Origin: Candidatus Woesebacteria bacterium
GTDB taxonomy: Bacteria; Patescibacteriota; Microgenomatia; UBA8517
Direction of reading: 5' to 3'
NCBI GenBank assembly: GCA_016432525.1
Contig: CP066693.1
Location: 482,732 to 546,731, forward strand
Length of the DNA: 64,000 nucleotides
A program made the position numbers and the translations under genes. Numbering within the stretch: position 1 is the stretch's first letter; each line of letters starts with the position of its first letter. The notes beneath the pieces are model-generated. The model was not told where the DNA came from, searched no databases, and saw only the letters and a program-made list of their open reading frames with translations. Shown piece by piece: positions 44,606-57,173 of the stretch.

Positions 44606-45557
44606 ATGATTTATAGTCTTGTTTCTTTTGTGAATAAACAACCATTTCAGCAAGTAATCCAGTTGTAATTAACTGAACTCCCAAAGTCATCAATAGAACA
44701 CCTAAAAAAAGCAATGGTTGATGAAATTGAATACTTCCAGTTGTAATTCTTAAATATGTAATATAAAGCCCAATTATAAATCCCCCAGAAAAAGACAAAA
44801 ATCCTAAACCTCCAAAAAAATGCCCTGGGCGTTGCACATATCCAGTCAAAAAAACTACAGTTAATAAATCTAATATTCCTTTAATACTCCTACTCCATCC
44901 AAACTTTGATTTCCCATATTTTCTTGAATGATGAATGACAGGTATCTCAGAAATTCGAAAACGCATTTTAGCTGCGAGTATAGGGATAAATCTGTATAGT
45001 TCTCCATAAAGATTTAAATTTTCTACAACCTCTCTTCTGTAAGCTTTAAAACCACAATTCATATCATGAACTTTAACATCTGTTAAAACTCTTGCCGTAT
45101 AGTTAATAAAACGAGAAGGGATCACCTTGGAAAACTTAGGATCATGCCTAGTTTTTTTCCAACCAGATACTAAATCATATCCTTCCTTGATTTTTTTTAA
45201 AAAATTAGGAATTTCTTTAGGATCATCTTGAAGATCAGCATCCATAGTAAAAATAATCTCACCTCGAGCCAGATTAAAACCATTTTGAAGTGCAACTGAT
45301 TTCCCAAAATTTCCTCGATGTTTTATTACATGTATCTTTTTATCTCGCTTGGCCAAAGTCTTGAGAATTTTGAAAGTGTTATCCTTTGATCCATCATCTA
45401 CAAAAATTATTTCAAAATTATTAGAAATTTTTTTAATCACTTTTTCTATATTTTTACAAAGTATTACAACAGACCCTTCCTCATCTTTTGCAGGGATCAC
45501 AAATGAATATTTAATATTTCGCATATTTACTCTTTGCGTATTTCTGGCTGACATCAT
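44586..45557 (-). CDS. GT2 polyprenol-phosphate glycosyltransferase (GtrB/ArnC/CsbB-like) with a C-terminal 2-TM anchor.
   Basis: YSFVIPAKDEEGSV...IIFVDDGSKDNT...RGNFGKSVALQNGF...IFTMDADLQDDP...YDLVSGWKKTRHDP, followed by two TM helices (LTVVFLTGYV...; PLLFLGVLLMTLGVQLITTGLL). The likely true start is the internal MRNIKYS at about 45524. Confidence 0.7.
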   Translation of the reverse strand: MMSARNTQRVNMRNIKYSFVIPAKDEEGSVVILCKNIEKVIKKISNNFEIIFVDDGSKDNTFKILKTLAKRDKKIHVIKHRGNFGKSVALQNGFNLARGEIIFTMDADLQDDPKEIPNFLKKIKEGYDLVSGWKKTRHDPKFSKVIPSRFINYTARVLTDVKVHDMNCGFKAYRREVVENLNLYGELYRFIPILAAKMRFRISEIPVIHHSRKYGKSKFGWSRSIKGILDLLTVVFLTGYVQRPGHFFGGLGFLSFSGGFIIGLYITYLRITTGSIQFHQPLLFLGVLLMTLGVQLITTGLLAEMVVYSQKKQDYKSFILEEI

Positions 45558-45574
45558 ATCATATCTTATATCAC

Positions 45575-46426
45575 ATGACTAACCCCCTGATTTCAATCAT
45601 AATTCCAGCTAAAAATGAGGAAAAAAATATAGGTAGACTTCTTGAAAGTATAAAGCGACAAACTTACAAAAAAATACAAATAGTATTAGTAGACGATGGC
45701 TCTACTGACAAAACAGTCGAAATATCAAAACGATTCAGTAAATATGTTTATAAAAGAAAACATCTTGAAAGAAGTATCCAGAGAAATTTTGGAGCTAAAA
45801 AAGCACACGGCAGTTTTCTAGTTTTTTTAGATGCAGATATGGAGTTGACTCCCAAAGTTATTGAGGCTAGCATAAAAGTTCAAAGAAAAACCAAAGCCAA
45901 AGCAATAACAATTGCAGAAAAAACGGTTGGAAATAATTTAATTGCAAAAATCCGCACATTTGAAAGACAAATGTATTTAGGAGATAAAACAATAGAATTA
46001 GCTCGTTTTTTTGAAAAAAAAGTCTTTTGGGAATTTAAAGGATATGATCCAAGCCTTACTGGACCAGAAGATTACGATCTTCCTTATAGAATTGGCAAGA
46101 AATACAAAATTTCAAGATGTAGTGAATATATTCTCCATCATGAAGAAAATATAACTTTAACAAAACTTCTCAAAAAAAAGTACTACTATGCTTCAAAAGG
46201 TGCTTTATATGCACGAAAACATCCCGAACTCATAAAAACTCAAGGGAATCTTTTCTTTCGAAAGGCATATTTTAAAAACTGGAAAAATTTTATTAAAAAT
46301 CCATTTTTAGGCACTTCATTTATATTTATACGAATTTTAGAGAGCATATGGGCAACTGCAGGGTATATAAGCGCGGTTGGAATAACTGGATTTTTCAAAA
46401 CTTCTGTGATAATGTTTAAGCCATAA
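45575..46426 (+). CDS. GT2 family glycosyltransferase.
   Basis: ISIIIPAKNEEKNIGRLLESI...IVLVDDGSTDKT...FLVFLDADMEL. Confidence 0.65.
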   Translation: MTNPLISIIIPAKNEEKNIGRLLESIKRQTYKKIQIVLVDDGSTDKTVEISKRFSKYVYKRKHLERSIQRNFGAKKAHGSFLVFLDADMELTPKVIEASIKVQRKTKAKAITIAEKTVGNNLIAKIRTFERQMYLGDKTIELARFFEKKVFWEFKGYDPSLTGPEDYDLPYRIGKKYKISRCSEYILHHEENITLTKLLKKKYYYASKGALYARKHPELIKTQGNLFFRKAYFKNWKNFIKNPFLGTSFIFIRILESIWATAGYISAVGITGFFKTSVIMFKP

Positions 46427-48508
<2,082 letters not shown>

Positions 48509-48512
<4 letters not shown>

Positions 48513-49264
48513 GCAAAAAAACTCATTTTAAAAAACAAAAAGAATATTTCGAAAAAGATTTATCTTTTTATGAAAACTATGACAAAAGTTTAAATGCTTG
48601 GCGCCTTTCTTATATCAAAAGAATAAAAAAGGCATTACATTATAAATATAAGAAAAAAACAATTGTAGATGTTGGAACTGGTAGCGGCTATGTCGCCATA
48701 GAAATGGCAAAGTTAGACTCGAGTGTTTTAGCAACAGACATCGTTGAATCAACTCTTAAAAATATAATTTTTTACGCTAAAAAGAAAAAGTTAAAAGTTA
48801 AAACTCTTATTTGTCCCGCTGAAAAGATTCCAATTAAAGCAAAAACAGCAGATTTAGTTGTTGCAAATAGTGTCTTAGAACATATTCCAAATGAGTCTGC
48901 TGCAATAATTGAATGGAAAAGAATTACTAAAAATAACGGAAAGATTTTTGTTACGATTCCTTTAAGTTTTAAATATATTTGGCCATTTTTTTGGCTAGTC
49001 AACTATTTATATGATCGTATGCTTGGGCATCTACGACGTTATGATCTAAATTCTCTCCAAAAAAAATTCGGCTTAGAAATCGAACAAGTATACTACACAG
49101 GTCATTTAATTAAATTTTTATGGTTTTTGATATCCAGACCTTTTTTGGGAGGGATTCGTAGTTCTAGTAAAATAGATTATTTTTTCGAAGATCTTGATCA
49201 GAAATTTGAAAATATTCCTTTCGGAGCAAGCAATTTAGTTGTAATATTCAAAAAAGAAAAATAA
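48509..49264 (+). CDS. Class I SAM-dependent methyltransferase.
   Basis: Motif I VDVGTGSGYVAI, then VLATDIV, ADLVVANSVLEHIPNE and NNGKIFVTIP. Confidence 0.7.
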
Positions 49265-49267
49265 TAT

Positions 49268-49981
49268 ATGAAAAATATTTTCAAAAAATTAAGAATTTAC
49301 GGTTTAAAACGTTTTAGTCTATTTCTATTAGGAGAAATGAAATATCTAGTATGGTTTCAAAAGATAAAAAATTCATATAGCCAACTACAAGAAGATATTC
49401 TAATAGATAAAATTTTAGGGTTTAAAAAAAAAGGTTTTTATGTTGACGTTGGAGCCAACGATCCAATTCGCTTTAGTAATACGTTCAGATTCTATAAAAA
49501 AGGATGGAGAGGTATAACAATAGAACCAGATACTCTTTCATTTGAAAAGCTACAAAAAACTAGGCCAAAGGATTTAAATTTGAATTTGGGGGTAGGAACT
49601 AAAAAAAAGACAACTTATTTTTACAAATTTTTTCCTGACACTCTTTCAACTACCTCAAAAAAAAGTTCTGACAAATACGAAAAACAGGGATTTAAAATGT
49701 TAGGAGTAGAAAAAATCAAAATAGAAAAGCTTTCTACCTTACTTAAAAAATTTTGTAAAAGAAATATAGACCTTATGTCTGTTGACACAGAAGGATATGA
49801 TTTAGAGGTTTTAAAAAGCAATAATTGGAAAAAATTCCGCCCTAAAATTTTATGTATTGAAGTTTCTCAAATAAAAGAAAACAAAATTAAAAATTATTTA
49901 GCTAAAGTAGGGTATAGGCAATACTTAAACAATGGCCTAAACTCTATATTTATAGAAAAAAATTATCATAAAACTTTATGA
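49268..49981 (+). CDS. FkbM-family methyltransferase.
   Basis: EDILIDKILGFKKKGFYVDVGANDPIRFSNTFRFYKKGWRGITIEPDT...IDLMSVDTEGYDLEVLKS...ILCIEV matches the FkbM (TIGR01444-type) pattern. Confidence 0.7.
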   Translation: MKNIFKKLRIYGLKRFSLFLLGEMKYLVWFQKIKNSYSQLQEDILIDKILGFKKKGFYVDVGANDPIRFSNTFRFYKKGWRGITIEPDTLSFEKLQKTRPKDLNLNLGVGTKKKTTYFYKFFPDTLSTTSKKSSDKYEKQGFKMLGVEKIKIEKLSTLLKKFCKRNIDLMSVDTEGYDLEVLKSNNWKKFRPKILCIEVSQIKENKIKNYLAKVGYRQYLNNGLNSIFIEKNYHKTL

Positions 49982-51723
49982 AAATAATTGGACTTACATG
50001 TCACTACACGGGAAATCACGATAATTCAGCTGCGCTTTTAATCGATGGCAAAATCGTGTTTGCCGAAAGCGAAGAAAGAATTACAAGAATTAAGCACGAC
50101 AGGCAATTTCCAATTAAATCTATTAAACATAATTTAAAATATAAAAAACTAAAAATCTCTGACATTGACTATTTCGCCTCAGCTTCACCTCCAACCAATC
50201 TCGGAAAGTTACTTTCACATTATTTTAAAGGTTTCACTTACACTTCAACATTAGAATTTTTTCGCTGGACTCTAGGTCGAAGTCTTCAGATGATATCTTC
50301 AAATAGTCAAAATAAAAATTCACATATACCTAATACTTACTATGAAACCAACTTACCAAAAAAGAAGTTAGTTTTCATATCTCATTATCTCGCTCATGCA
50401 GAAACCGCTTACGTCTTTTCAGAAATGGATAAATGCTTAATTGTTGCTTGGGATGGCTATGGTCTCAATGAAGATGGTTCACCTCTCTGCGGAAGTATTT
50501 ATTTGGGTCAAAATGGAGAATTAACACTTTTGGAAGAAATTCCAATATATGCATCTCTTGCTCTTTACTATGGTGCAGTAACCATCGCCCTAGGTTTTAA
50601 ATTAAATGATGGTGAAGGAAAAACAATGGGACTTGCAGTTTATGGGAAAGAAAGTCCTGCAGTAAAAGAGATTAGAGACATCTTTCCTTATTTCGATGGT
50701 AAAAAATGGATTCCTAGAAGTAATTGGTTGGAAGTAAACAGTGTCTCAAGGACTGAATTTTTTAAAAAAACCTCAACTTATAAAAAAATAAAAAAATTAA
50801 TAGATATGTACGGAAATCAACAAATTGCATTTGCAGCACAAAAAATTTTGGAAGTAGAGGCAGAAAAGTTCTTCAGATATTTGGTTAAAAAATATCAGGA
50901 GAAAAATATTGCTTTAGCAGGGGGGATTTTTCTAAATGTGAAATTTAATATGAAACTTCTCGAAAATAAAATTGCAAAAAAACTTTTTATATATCCAAAT
51001 CCAGGGGATGGTGGGGTGGCAGTTGGTGCAGCACTCGCTCTTTATAAAAAGCTAGGTAAAAAAATTCCTGTAGTGGGAATGAATAATGTTTATCTTGGTT
51101 GTGAGTACAATAAAAATGAAATTAAAAAAGAACTTAAAAAATTTAATAAAAAAATTGTATTTATTGATTTGGCTGACAAACTACCAAAAACAATAGCTAG
51201 TCACGTTGCAAATGGCAAGGTGGTCGGTTGGTTTCAGGGAAGAGGAGAATGGGGGCCAAGAGCATTAGGAGCAAGAAGCGTTTTGGCTGATCCAAGATTT
51301 ATTGAAACAAAAGACAGGATTAATTCAAAACTAAAACAAAGAGATTGGTTTATGCCTTTTGCTCCAGCAATATTGGAAGAATTTTCAAAAAAAGTTCTAG
51401 TCCATAATTTTGGAACCCCTTATATGACATTAACTGATGACGTCAAAAAAAATGTCGCCAAAAAAATTCCTGCTGCAATTCATATTGATAACACTGCTAG
51501 ATCGCAAATTGTTAACAAAAAAACAAACCCGCTTTATTGGTCGGTAATCAATGAATTCAGAAAACTAACAGGTATTCCAGTGATTTTAAATACAAGTTTT
51601 AATAAACACGGGCTTCCAATTGTCCATTCACCCAAAGAAGCAATAGAGCATTTAATTTGGGGTTGCGTGGATGAACTAGCAATAGGTCCTTTTTTGGTAA
51701 TCAAAGCCTCTAAAAAGAAATAA
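49978..51723 (+). CDS. Carbamoyltransferase (NodU/CmcH/NovN/TobZ family).
   Basis: The N-terminal Carbam_trans_N pattern is KIIGLTCHYTGNHDNSAALLIDGKIVFAESEERITRIKHD...HYLAHAETAY...VAWDGYG. The C-terminal carbamoyltransferase motifs are GGIFLNVKFN, GDGGVAVGAAL, GRGEWGPRALGARS, RDWFMPFAP and ILNTSFNKHG. Confidence 0.8.
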   Translation: MKIIGLTCHYTGNHDNSAALLIDGKIVFAESEERITRIKHDRQFPIKSIKHNLKYKKLKISDIDYFASASPPTNLGKLLSHYFKGFTYTSTLEFFRWTLGRSLQMISSNSQNKNSHIPNTYYETNLPKKKLVFISHYLAHAETAYVFSEMDKCLIVAWDGYGLNEDGSPLCGSIYLGQNGELTLLEEIPIYASLALYYGAVTIALGFKLNDGEGKTMGLAVYGKESPAVKEIRDIFPYFDGKKWIPRSNWLEVNSVSRTEFFKKTSTYKKIKKLIDMYGNQQIAFAAQKILEVEAEKFFRYLVKKYQEKNIALAGGIFLNVKFNMKLLENKIAKKLFIYPNPGDGGVAVGAALALYKKLGKKIPVVGMNNVYLGCEYNKNEIKKELKKFNKKIVFIDLADKLPKTIASHVANGKVVGWFQGRGEWGPRALGARSVLADPRFIETKDRINSKLKQRDWFMPFAPAILEEFSKKVLVHNFGTPYMTLTDDVKKNVAKKIPAAIHIDNTARSQIVNKKTNPLYWSVINEFRKLTGIPVILNTSFNKHGLPIVHSPKEAIEHLIWGCVDELAIGPFLVIKASKKK

Positions 51724-51747
51724 TTTTTATGTTATACTTGTGCCGAT

Positions 51748-53523
51748 ATGAACGTATTAGGAATTTATAACGCTCACAATGCAACTGCCGTTTTAGTTAA
51801 AGATGGAGTAATAGTGGCTTGTGTTTCTGAAGAAAGATTCACAGGTAAAAAAAATCAATATGGTTTTCCAAAACACGCCATAGATTATTGTATCTCTCAA
51901 GCAAAAATTAAGTCTTCAGATATAGATTTAGTTGTTATCCCTTTTAAATATGGACCTCCTCAACATTCACTTCGAGAAGAAAATCGCGATCTCAAACTGA
52001 ACTTTTTTTTAAACATTTATAAAATCGTATCAGTTGTAAGAAAAGAATGGGGTGAATTGGCTTACAGATACCCAGACCTAATACCAATAGGCAAATGGTC
52101 GTTTAGGACAGCATCTATTATTTTTGAAAAATTCCACATGGCAAGTGAGAGAAAATACGTTGCTGATTATTTAGGAATTTCTGTTAATAAAGTAATAAGC
52201 GTTGATCATCATTTATCGCATGCAGCATCTGTTTATTTTAGTTCACCTTTTAGTGGAGAAAAAACTTTAGTTCTAACTCTTGACGGAGAAGGTGACTTCA
52301 AATGTGCAACAGTTTCAATTTTTGACCAAAATAAATATAAAATTTTAGCCACTTCTGATCGCGAGCATTCTCTCGGATATGTTTATCAAAGATTAACCGA
52401 AGTTTTGGGAATGAAAGCAAATGAACATGAATATAAAGTAATGGGTTTAGCTCCTTACGCAAAAGGTGATGAAATCAATAAAATTTACGACAAGATAAAA
52501 AATATAGTTTATCTAGATCCCAAAAATCGCCTAATTTTTAAATCAAAATTTAATACAGTTGATACAGATAAATTTTTAGAAAGAGAATTAAAAAGAGTAA
52601 GATTCGATATTTTAGCAGCAGCATTTCAAAAATTTACTGAAGACAAGATAGTTGAATGGGTCGATTACGCGGTCAAAAAAACTAAAGCCAAAAAACTACT
52701 CCTTTCCGGTGGGGTATTTATGAACATCAAGGTTAACCAAAAAATTGCAGAATTACCAAGTGTTAAACAAATGTTTGTAATGCCTTCTTGTGGTGATGAA
52801 TCAACTCCAATTGGAGCCGCTTTTTTGGGATATATGAAATTAGGTAAACAAAGTCAACTTAAAAATTCTATTCTTAAAAATTTATATTTTGGACCAGAAT
52901 TTGGAAATAGTGAAGTCGAAAAAATCATCAAATCTAAAAGACTTACTAGGAAGTATAAGGTAATTCGTTCTCGAAACATTGAAAAGACAATTGCAACTCT
53001 TCTAGCAAAGAAAAAAATTATAGCAAGAGCTTCGGGTAGAATGGAATTTGGAGCACGAGCTCTTGGTAATAGATCGATAATGGGTAACCCAACTGACCCT
53101 TATGTAGTAAGAAAAATAAATGACCAAATCAAAGGCCGTGATTTTTGGATGCCTTTTGCTCCAACAATTCTTTGGGAGAGAATGCAAGATTATATTATAA
53201 ATCCCAAAAAGATAGAGTCTCCGTATATGATGATGGGCTTTGTTACAACAGAGCTAGCCAAAAAAGAACTTACTGCAGCACTTCATCAGTATGACTTTAC
53301 CGCAAGGCCACAACTTTTAAAACAAGAAGCAAATCCTAAATACTACAAAATTATAAAAGAATTTGAAAAAATAACAGGAATTGGAGGAATCTTAAATACC
53401 TCATTCAATTTGCATGGTTTTCCAATTGTTCTAGGTCCAGTTGAAGCTATAAACACATTTGAAAACTCTGGACTCGAGCACTTGGCACTCGAAGACTATT
53501 TAATATCCAAAAAAATTTCATAA
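51748..53523 (+). CDS. Carbamoyltransferase (NodU/CmcH family). It is the second tandem copy.
   Basis: NVLGIYNAHNATAVLVKDGVIVACVSEERFTGKKN...HHLSHAASVY...LTLDGEGD, GGVFMNIKVN, SCGDESTPIGAAFLG, GRMEFGARALGNRS, RDFWMPFAP and ILNTSFNLHG. Confidence 0.8.
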   Translation: MNVLGIYNAHNATAVLVKDGVIVACVSEERFTGKKNQYGFPKHAIDYCISQAKIKSSDIDLVVIPFKYGPPQHSLREENRDLKLNFFLNIYKIVSVVRKEWGELAYRYPDLIPIGKWSFRTASIIFEKFHMASERKYVADYLGISVNKVISVDHHLSHAASVYFSSPFSGEKTLVLTLDGEGDFKCATVSIFDQNKYKILATSDREHSLGYVYQRLTEVLGMKANEHEYKVMGLAPYAKGDEINKIYDKIKNIVYLDPKNRLIFKSKFNTVDTDKFLERELKRVRFDILAAAFQKFTEDKIVEWVDYAVKKTKAKKLLLSGGVFMNIKVNQKIAELPSVKQMFVMPSCGDESTPIGAAFLGYMKLGKQSQLKNSILKNLYFGPEFGNSEVEKIIKSKRLTRKYKVIRSRNIEKTIATLLAKKKIIARASGRMEFGARALGNRSIMGNPTDPYVVRKINDQIKGRDFWMPFAPTILWERMQDYIINPKKIESPYMMMGFVTTELAKKELTAALHQYDFTARPQLLKQEANPKYYKIIKEFEKITGIGGILNTSFNLHGFPIVLGPVEAINTFENSGLEHLALEDYLISKKIS

Positions 53524-53526
53524 AAA

Positions 53527-55188
53527 GTGTTTAAGCACCTTACCAAATCTCACATAATTTGGCCATTTTTATTATTAATCCTAACTACACTATTAGTTTT
53601 TGGTAGTGTAACAAAAACATTTTACCAACAGGATGAATGGCATGGGTTGGGAGACGTCTTGTCTCTAGGCTTTAATTCTGTATCTATAACAATAGCAGGG
53701 CCTATTAGCCTTTTATTTGGAGGAGGAAGGCTCTTAAGTAATCTCCTTGTTTACTTCTTTTATAGTCGTTATCCATTTAATCTTTTACCAATTTCCTTGA
53801 CTATTATTTTTTTACACGCCGTGGATTCTATTTTGGTTTATCTATTAGCTTACAAATTTACAAAAAAAGTTATTCCTTCGTTTTTGGGGGCTATTTTCTT
53901 TATTATTAACAGTGTTTCTTCTGGCTCTGTCATCTGGCCAGCATCGGGACTATCTACTCTTCCTTCTATTTTTTTTATTCTCTTATCACTGCTATATTTC
54001 TTAGAGTATTTGGCTAAGAACAAAAAGAGGTTACTTATAATTACGTTTGTTTGTCTTTATGTATCACTTTTTTTTAAAGAAACTGCTGTCCCTTTATTTT
54101 TCTTACTTCCTCTATCATCTTTACTTTTCAAAAAAATCCCTTTTAAAAAATTTATTAAAATTTATTGGATATTTTTCTCTTTCAGTTTTCTGTTGATATT
54201 TTACAGACTTATACAATTTGAAAACATTACTACTAAACAAGACTTGTTTATTACAGGAGCTTCAAACTCGGTTCCTCTAACACTAGTAGTTCGTGCAATA
54301 ATGTATCCACTTACTTCTTTCTCTTTAATCTATATTCCTTCTGAAACGATTTTGACCATAACAAAACATATCACTTGGGTATATTACCCGTTTTTTCCAA
54401 AAGATCTATATGACCTAGTAGCGCAAACAGCTATTTTGGATATCCTAGCTTTATTTGCTTCTTTTTTTATCTTCACTCTTCTTTATTTCTTATTTAAGAA
54501 AGCTAAGTCCGTTACAAAAAAATATATAATCTTTGTAACTATCTTAATTTTGCTATCTTATCTTCCTTATATAATAATAAGCAAAAGCTATTCATATTTA
54601 GAGTCGCGTTACTACTACACTGCTGCTATCGGAGCAGGTCTTCTTATTGCATTATGTGTCAAAAGAATTTTAGATCTAAAAAAAACAAAATTATTCGCTT
54701 TACTGTTTTTGCTAATACCTTTTTATTATCTGCATCTAAAAATTATTAGCAGTCAAATCGATATTCAAGTATCAAGAAGTCAAGAACGTCTACAAATTTT
54801 AAATAATTTTTTAAAAGAAACGCCATTTTTGGACAAAAAAACAATCTTTTATATTTCAGGAAATCAAGTACACTATGTTTCAGAAGGAAATTATCTACCC
54901 ATGCAGCAGGGAATGGGCTATACACTTTTGGTCTGGTATGAAGCACATCAAAAAGCTCCTGCAGAGTTGTTGCCTTTTATAAGGGATCACTATCTTTGGG
55001 AACTAATAGGAGGCCAAGGATATAAAGAAATAAATGGATTTGGTTTTGGATACTTTTGGGATTTAGAAAAACTGAAAGAAGTAGTTTTTAAAAACAAACT
55101 TACAAAGGATAATATTCAGGCATTTTATTATGATTCAGAAAAAGAGGAATTAAAAAACATTAAAGATGAAGTACTCAAAAAACTATGA
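53527..55188 (+). CDS. Polytopic membrane protein (hypothetical, possibly GT-C-like).
   Basis: 553 aa with about 12 TM helices. The early loop has YQQDEWHGLGDV. It has a C-terminal soluble region of about 150 aa. Confidence 0.4.
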   Translation: MFKHLTKSHIIWPFLLLILTTLLVFGSVTKTFYQQDEWHGLGDVLSLGFNSVSITIAGPISLLFGGGRLLSNLLVYFFYSRYPFNLLPISLTIIFLHAVDSILVYLLAYKFTKKVIPSFLGAIFFIINSVSSGSVIWPASGLSTLPSIFFILLSLLYFLEYLAKNKKRLLIITFVCLYVSLFFKETAVPLFFLLPLSSLLFKKIPFKKFIKIYWIFFSFSFLLIFYRLIQFENITTKQDLFITGASNSVPLTLVVRAIMYPLTSFSLIYIPSETILTITKHITWVYYPFFPKDLYDLVAQTAILDILALFASFFIFTLLYFLFKKAKSVTKKYIIFVTILILLSYLPYIIISKSYSYLESRYYYTAAIGAGLLIALCVKRILDLKKTKLFALLFLLIPFYYLHLKIISSQIDIQVSRSQERLQILNNFLKETPFLDKKTIFYISGNQVHYVSEGNYLPMQQGMGYTLLVWYEAHQKAPAELLPFIRDHYLWELIGGQGYKEINGFGFGYFWDLEKLKEVVFKNKLTKDNIQAFYYDSEKEELKNIKDEVLKKL

Positions 55189-56254
55189 CATTGCAATTAT
55201 TGGAGCAGGTTTCTATGGTTGCGCTTTAGCTCTTTTTTTTGCAAACAAAAATTTGAAAGTAGCTCTCTTAGAAAAAGAAAAAGATTTACTAGAAAGAGCA
55301 TCTTATAAAAACCAAGCTAGAATCCACAATGGTTATCATTATCCAAGACATTTTATTACAGCTCTTCGATCTCACTTAAATTATGAAAAATTTATCAAAG
55401 ACTTCGATTCCGCCGTTTACAAAGATTTTAAGCAATACTACGCAATTGCTAAAATTTCCTCAAAAACAAACGCACGTCAATTCTTAAAATTCTGTGAGCA
55501 TGTTGGTTCCTTTATAAAACCTGCTTCACAAGTAATTAAAAATTATTTTAATAATCGACTGGTTGAAGATGTTTTTGAAGTTGAAGAAAGAGTTTTCGAT
55601 GCAGGTAATATGAGAAAAATTTTAAAAAAAGAGTTATTTAAAAAAGTGAAAGTTTTTTACGATTGTGAAGTTGCAAAAATAGAAAGACACAAAGATAAAA
55701 TAATCCTCCTCACAAAAAATTCAAAAACTTTTACAGCCACTCAGGTTTACAACTGCACATACTCACAAATTAACAAAATTCTATCTCAATCAGGTTTAAA
55801 CATTTTGCCTTTTAAACATGAATATATTGAAATGCCATTAGTCAAAGTACCAGATGAATTCTCCAAGATAGCTGTAACAATTTTGGACGGCCCTTTTTTT
55901 GGTTTTTTGCCATTTCCAGATACCAAAAACCACTCCCTATGGCATGTTCGATACTCAATACATACCAACTGGACTGACCCACAAGAAGATAATTTAGAAG
56001 ATAAACTTCTAGATTATTCCAACAAATCTAATTATCAATTCATGTACAAAGATGCAAAACGATATATCCCAATCTTAAAAGATATGAAATTTGAACAGTC
56101 ACTTTTTGAAACAAAAACAGTTCTTTTGGATAAAGAAGAAAACGATGGAAGGCCAATTCTTTATAAAAAGAATTATGAAATACCAGGGTTCCATGTAGTT
56201 ATGGGCGGAAAAATTGATAATATCTACGATATCATTTACGAAATCGAGCATTGA
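55166..56254 (+). CDS. FAD/NAD(P)-binding oxidoreductase (Rossmann-fold).
   Basis: The N-terminal beta-alpha-beta dinucleotide motif is YDIAIIGAGFYGCALALFFANKNLKVALLEKE. No specific subfamily was assigned. Its 3' end overlaps the convergent argF-like gene by 23 nt. Confidence 0.5.
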   Translation: MKYSKNYDIAIIGAGFYGCALALFFANKNLKVALLEKEKDLLERASYKNQARIHNGYHYPRHFITALRSHLNYEKFIKDFDSAVYKDFKQYYAIAKISSKTNARQFLKFCEHVGSFIKPASQVIKNYFNNRLVEDVFEVEERVFDAGNMRKILKKELFKKVKVFYDCEVAKIERHKDKIILLTKNSKTFTATQVYNCTYSQINKILSQSGLNILPFKHEYIEMPLVKVPDEFSKIAVTILDGPFFGFLPFPDTKNHSLWHVRYSIHTNWTDPQEDNLEDKLLDYSNKSNYQFMYKDAKRYIPILKDMKFEQSLFETKTVLLDKEENDGRPILYKKNYEIPGFHVVMGGKIDNIYDIIYEIEH

Positions 56255-57149
56255 GAAGAAATATGATTAGTGCTTTTTGCGCATGAAGCCGATTTTCAGC
56301 TTCTTGAAAAACAAAAGATTTATTTCCATCAATAATTTCACTTGTTACTTCATTTCCTCGATAAGCAGGCAAACAATGCAAAAAGATAGCATTATTTTTA
56401 GCTTCCTTCATTAACTTTTTGTTAACTTGGTAAGGTTTAAAAATTTTAAGTCTCTTTTCCTTTTCTGCTTCATCACCCATACTAATCCAAGTATCAGTAA
56501 TAACTACATCTGCATTTTTAACTGCTTTAATTGGATCAGTTAATTGAATCGCTTTAGATTTTGCCAATATTTTTTTGTTCATCTCATATCCTTTGGGTGC
56601 TGCACATTTAAATTTCATTTCAAGAATTTGACATGCAAGTGCAAAAGAGTGCACCACATTATTTTCGCAATCCCCGACATATGAAATATTCAAGCCTTTA
56701 AGTTTCTTTTTTACCTCTCTTATCGTCATCAGATCAGCCAAAATTTGGCAAGGATGTTCCATATCAGAAAGTCCGTTAATAACTGGAACGCTTGAATTTT
56801 TTGCAAGTTCCTCAACAATTTTATGGCTAAAAGTTCTAGCCATAATAATATCTGCCATTCTGCTGGTCACTTTGGCAATATCAGTAACTGATTCTCTTTT
56901 TCCCATGCTTATGTCTGTTGGTCCCAGATAAATTGCATGTCCTCCAAGTTGAGTCATTCCAATCTCAAATGAAAGACGGGTACGAAGAGATGGTTTTTCG
57001 TAAATCATAACCAAAGTTTTACCGTCTAGAATTTTTTTATTTTTACCTTTTGTTTTTAATTCACGCTTCAATTTATCTGCCAAATCCAAAACTTTAACAA
57101 TTTCCTTTGAAGAAAGATCGCTTATTGAAACAAAATGCCTTAATTTCAT
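56232..57149 (-). CDS. argF: Ornithine carbamoyltransferase (OTC family, ArgF/ArcB-like).
   Basis: The carbamoyl-phosphate binding motif is SLRTRLSFE (the STRTR equivalent). The ornithine-binding motifs are HPCQ, DTWISMG and FLHCLPA (HCLP is diagnostic of OTC versus ATCase), plus FQEAENRLHAQKA. Confidence 0.85.
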   Translation of the reverse strand: MKLRHFVSISDLSSKEIVKVLDLADKLKRELKTKGKNKKILDGKTLVMIYEKPSLRTRLSFEIGMTQLGGHAIYLGPTDISMGKRESVTDIAKVTSRMADIIMARTFSHKIVEELAKNSSVPVINGLSDMEHPCQILADLMTIREVKKKLKGLNISYVGDCENNVVHSFALACQILEMKFKCAAPKGYEMNKKILAKSKAIQLTDPIKAVKNADVVITDTWISMGDEAEKEKRLKIFKPYQVNKKLMKEAKNNAIFLHCLPAYRGNEVTSEIIDGNKSFVFQEAENRLHAQKALIIFLLNARFRK

Positions 57150-57173
57150 TTCAAAGAGAGTGTAGCATTACAA

